64,000 nucleotides of DNA from Promethearchaeota archaeon (GTDB lineage Archaea; Asgardarchaeota; Lokiarchaeia; Sigyniarchaeales; SOKP01): contig JBHLNF010000004.1 of NCBI GenBank assembly GCA_048937405.1, positions 1 to 64,000 of the forward strand. Reading direction: 5' to 3'. The notes beneath the pieces are model-generated. The model did no database searches and was not told where the DNA came from. It saw only the letters and a program-made list of their open reading frames with translations. The translations under genes and the position numbers were made by a program. Within the stretch, counting starts at the first letter, position 1. Each line of letters begins with the position of its first letter. Below are positions 61,672 through 64,000 of the stretch, one piece after another.

Positions 61672-63393
61672 CTATAAGTAATTCTTTTTAACTTCTTGTA
61701 TAACTAAATTAATTAAATCCTTTGGGTTTCCGATTCCATAGAAGGTAACTTTATCAAGTAAATTCTTAAATTTGTCTATTGGAATTTTTTTTGACCCAAT
61801 AAAGAAGCCTACAATTTTATGCCCCTTTTGAGCTAAGTCTATCATAACTTTTTTAGCCTTACTCCAATTATAAATGCCAAAATCCGTAATAATAAAAACA
61901 AGCACATTTCTATCTGCTTTTCCACATTGATTGGCAATTTGTTTTATTGGTAGGAACGTGCCCCCTCCTTGATATCTAAGTAATGTTTGTTCAGCTTTTT
62001 TATAATCAGAAGTCCATTGACAAATATCTGCTCTATTTGAAAAATTTATTATACTAAATTTTGCACCTTTACTTGCAGCAAAATGTAGAGAAGCAAATGC
62101 AGCTATTAAAGCTGTATGATAAGGACCTTTACCACGAGTAGATCTAGATGTATAATTCCAACCCATAGAACCTGAAGAGTCTAAAACAACTAAAAGATCA
62201 GGAATCTGTTTTTCTACTAAGTGCCCAGTTCCTTCTCTAAAAACCCATTTTCTTGTTGTAATATTCGGAATCATTACCGGGCTATTTAATAGACTCTGAA
62301 CTACATCTAATTCTTCGATTCTATCTCCAATTCGCCACATCTCAGGATAAACAGGCAATTGTCCTCCTCGTTTTTCTTCAAATATCTTTATTTCGATTAA
62401 GTTTTTTGCGGATCCCCTATACCATGTCGCTAGGGCATTTCCATCAATTAAGATCCCTGCTTGCCTGGCAGGTCCACCAAATTCTGAGTATTGAATATCT
62501 TTCGCAAATTCTTCTGATTTTTGTCTTAAGTCATCTTCATTACCTTCTTTTAATTTATCAGCATTTTTATTTTCTAAAGGGTTATCCATTACTTCTAAAA
62601 CATCTTTAGGAACTTCTATAAAAACTCCACTAGGACCTTTTCTCCTTTCTTTATTTTTGTTCAATTTTACTCCAGTACCTATTAACGTGAAAGTCTCTTG
62701 AATTAAATTGTTCAAATATTTAGCAATTAGAGATACTTTTTTTTCCCATGTTGACTCATTTTCGAAATCCTTTAGAATCATTTTAGTTACTTTTTCCGCT
62801 AAAGTATCCATTTCTGTTAGAGATTCATCATTTAATACATCTTCCTTCCATAATTTCTCATACGCTCGAAATAGGAATTTTGTCAAATTACTAATTGAAC
62901 CTTTACTTTTAAGATGCTTATAGGTTACCTCCATCTCCCATTTGATGAGACTTGGATATTTTTGATATAACTTTGTGTCTATTATAAGATCAGCAAAAAT
63001 ATTTACGATTATAGGTGCAAAATTCTGGTTTACATGAAGCATCGCAGCTCTAAGTAACTTTGCATTAATTAATCCATCGTACGGTATTATCTGATAATGA
63101 GAGATTTCATGAAGCGATATAATATGAAAATAATCTATATATTCATCATCATCTTTGAATAATGGCGTATTGGCTAAGTTCATTGTAATCTGCCATCTAT
63201 GTTCGGGATCAATATAAAATCCTTCTAAATGTGTATAATCAAATACATAATTAGGGTCATTTAAAGGAGGAAAATAAAATTCAGTAAGAGCTTTATTAAA
63301 TGCGATCTTCGCTAATTCAATGATCTTTAACTCATTTTCTGTAATTTCTTTTTTACTAGTTTTACTTTTTCCTCTTCTACTTGATTGTACCAT
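61672..63393 (-). CDS. HExxH metallopeptidase-like domain + vWA domain protein (MoxR-partner type)
   Basis: LHEISHY…NIFADLIID; VVLDSSGSM MIDAS, GGT, IITD. Confidence 0.8.
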   Translation of the reverse strand: MVQSSRRGKSKTSKKEITENELKIIELAKIAFNKALTEFYFPPLNDPNYVFDYTHLEGFYIDPEHRWQITMNLANTPLFKDDDEYIDYFHIISLHEISHYQIIPYDGLINAKLLRAAMLHVNQNFAPIIVNIFADLIIDTKLYQKYPSLIKWEMEVTYKHLKSKGSISNLTKFLFRAYEKLWKEDVLNDESLTEMDTLAEKVTKMILKDFENESTWEKKVSLIAKYLNNLIQETFTLIGTGVKLNKNKERRKGPSGVFIEVPKDVLEVMDNPLENKNADKLKEGNEDDLRQKSEEFAKDIQYSEFGGPARQAGILIDGNALATWYRGSAKNLIEIKIFEEKRGGQLPVYPEMWRIGDRIEELDVVQSLLNSPVMIPNITTRKWVFREGTGHLVEKQIPDLLVVLDSSGSMGWNYTSRSTRGKGPYHTALIAAFASLHFAASKGAKFSIINFSNRADICQWTSDYKKAEQTLLRYQGGGTFLPIKQIANQCGKADRNVLVFIITDFGIYNWSKAKKVMIDLAQKGHKIVGFFIGSKKIPIDKFKNLLDKVTFYGIGNPKDLINLVIQEVKKNYL

Positions 63394-63409
63394 TTTGATC
63401 TAAAACAAT

Positions 63410-64000
63410 TTATTCTTCTTTCTGAATATAACCTAAATTATTCATTATATTTCTCAGTTTTAAAGCTTCAGAACCTCCTGAGACCTGAATATTCACTAAT
63501 GAATCATCATTAGTACCAGTTACATTTATTTCTATTAAAAGATCTTCCTTTCGGATTTGTTTTGTTTGTCTTTGACTGAAAGCCTCCTTTATTGGTTGAT
63601 CTAATTCAGAAAACTCTGCTGCAATATCCGCCCATAATTCCTTCCAATAAGAAAATTTGAATACATAATCAGTAACAGTTTGTTTAAATAATTCACGATT
63701 TATCCATTCTATTAGGTCTCCTCTATTAGGAAAATCAATTTCTTCCATAAGGTTATTTCTGATTTCAGCTAATTTAGTAATATCACCTTTTTTGGACGCC
63801 TCTTGAATTTGTTGAGCTAATGGAGGATATCTTTTATTGTTAATTGAATTTACAAACGGAATTAAATCATATTTTACAATTAAATCATTTTTTTCGAATT
63901 TTTTCAATTCTATTAAGTCATTATCCTTAGGATTTCCCTCCCGAAATCTTTCTGTAATGAAATAACAGGTTTCACGGTTTTTAAATCTTTTTGAAATTTT
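63410..64000 (-). CDS. C-terminal part of a gene truncated by the window edge (possibly the AAA partner of the vWA protein)
   Basis: Frame has no stop upstream of the track's TTG (63907) up to the window end (…ISKRFKNRETCYFITERFREGNPKDNDLIELKKF…); function inferred from context only. Confidence 0.6.
   Translation of the reverse strand, partial: KISKRFKNRETCYFITERFREGNPKDNDLIELKKFEKNDLIVKYDLIPFVNSINNKRYPPLAQQIQEASKKGDITKLAEIRNNLMEEIDFPNRGDLIEWINRELFKQTVTDYVFKFSYWKELWADIAAEFSELDQPIKEAFSQRQTKQIRKEDLLIEINVTGTNDDSLVNIQVSGGSEALKLRNIMNNLGYIQKEE

Overview
AT-rich archaeal genomic segment. The gene content points to Asgard archaea, most likely Lokiarchaeia (inferred from a Rab-like GTPase, an MglA-like GTPase, longin/uDENN-like proteins, a tandem Roadblock protein, Rpn11/CSN5-like MPN proteins, a TFB paralogue and GGTGA-type ribosome-binding sites). 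It holds about 60 CDSs, including a fused restriction-modification enzyme, the DUF39-CBS/NIL-ferredoxin homocysteine pair, HdrBC, a 14-blade LVIVD surface protein, a copper island, a CotH-VTC-DUF4956 operon and both minimal Fe-S assembly systems (IscS/IscU-type and SufC/SufB-type). I saw no rRNA, tRNA, CRISPR array or transposase. Best leads: (1) an unannotated ~150-nt, GC-enriched, doubly pseudoknotted RNA-like element with its own TATA box and U-tract (5061-5210, minus strand); (2) three MPN+/JAMM coiled-coil paralogues with intact catalytic motifs, clustered with Zn-ribbon, winged-helix-like, membrane and AAA-vWA genes (26761-37036); (3) two genes (iscU and the VTC gene) whose conserved N-termini lie upstream of any ATG/GTG/TTG, implying AUA or AUU/AUC starts; (4) a small Cys/His module that is both fused to CopA and encoded as a separate microprotein. 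All assignments come from reading motifs by eye; no searches were run.
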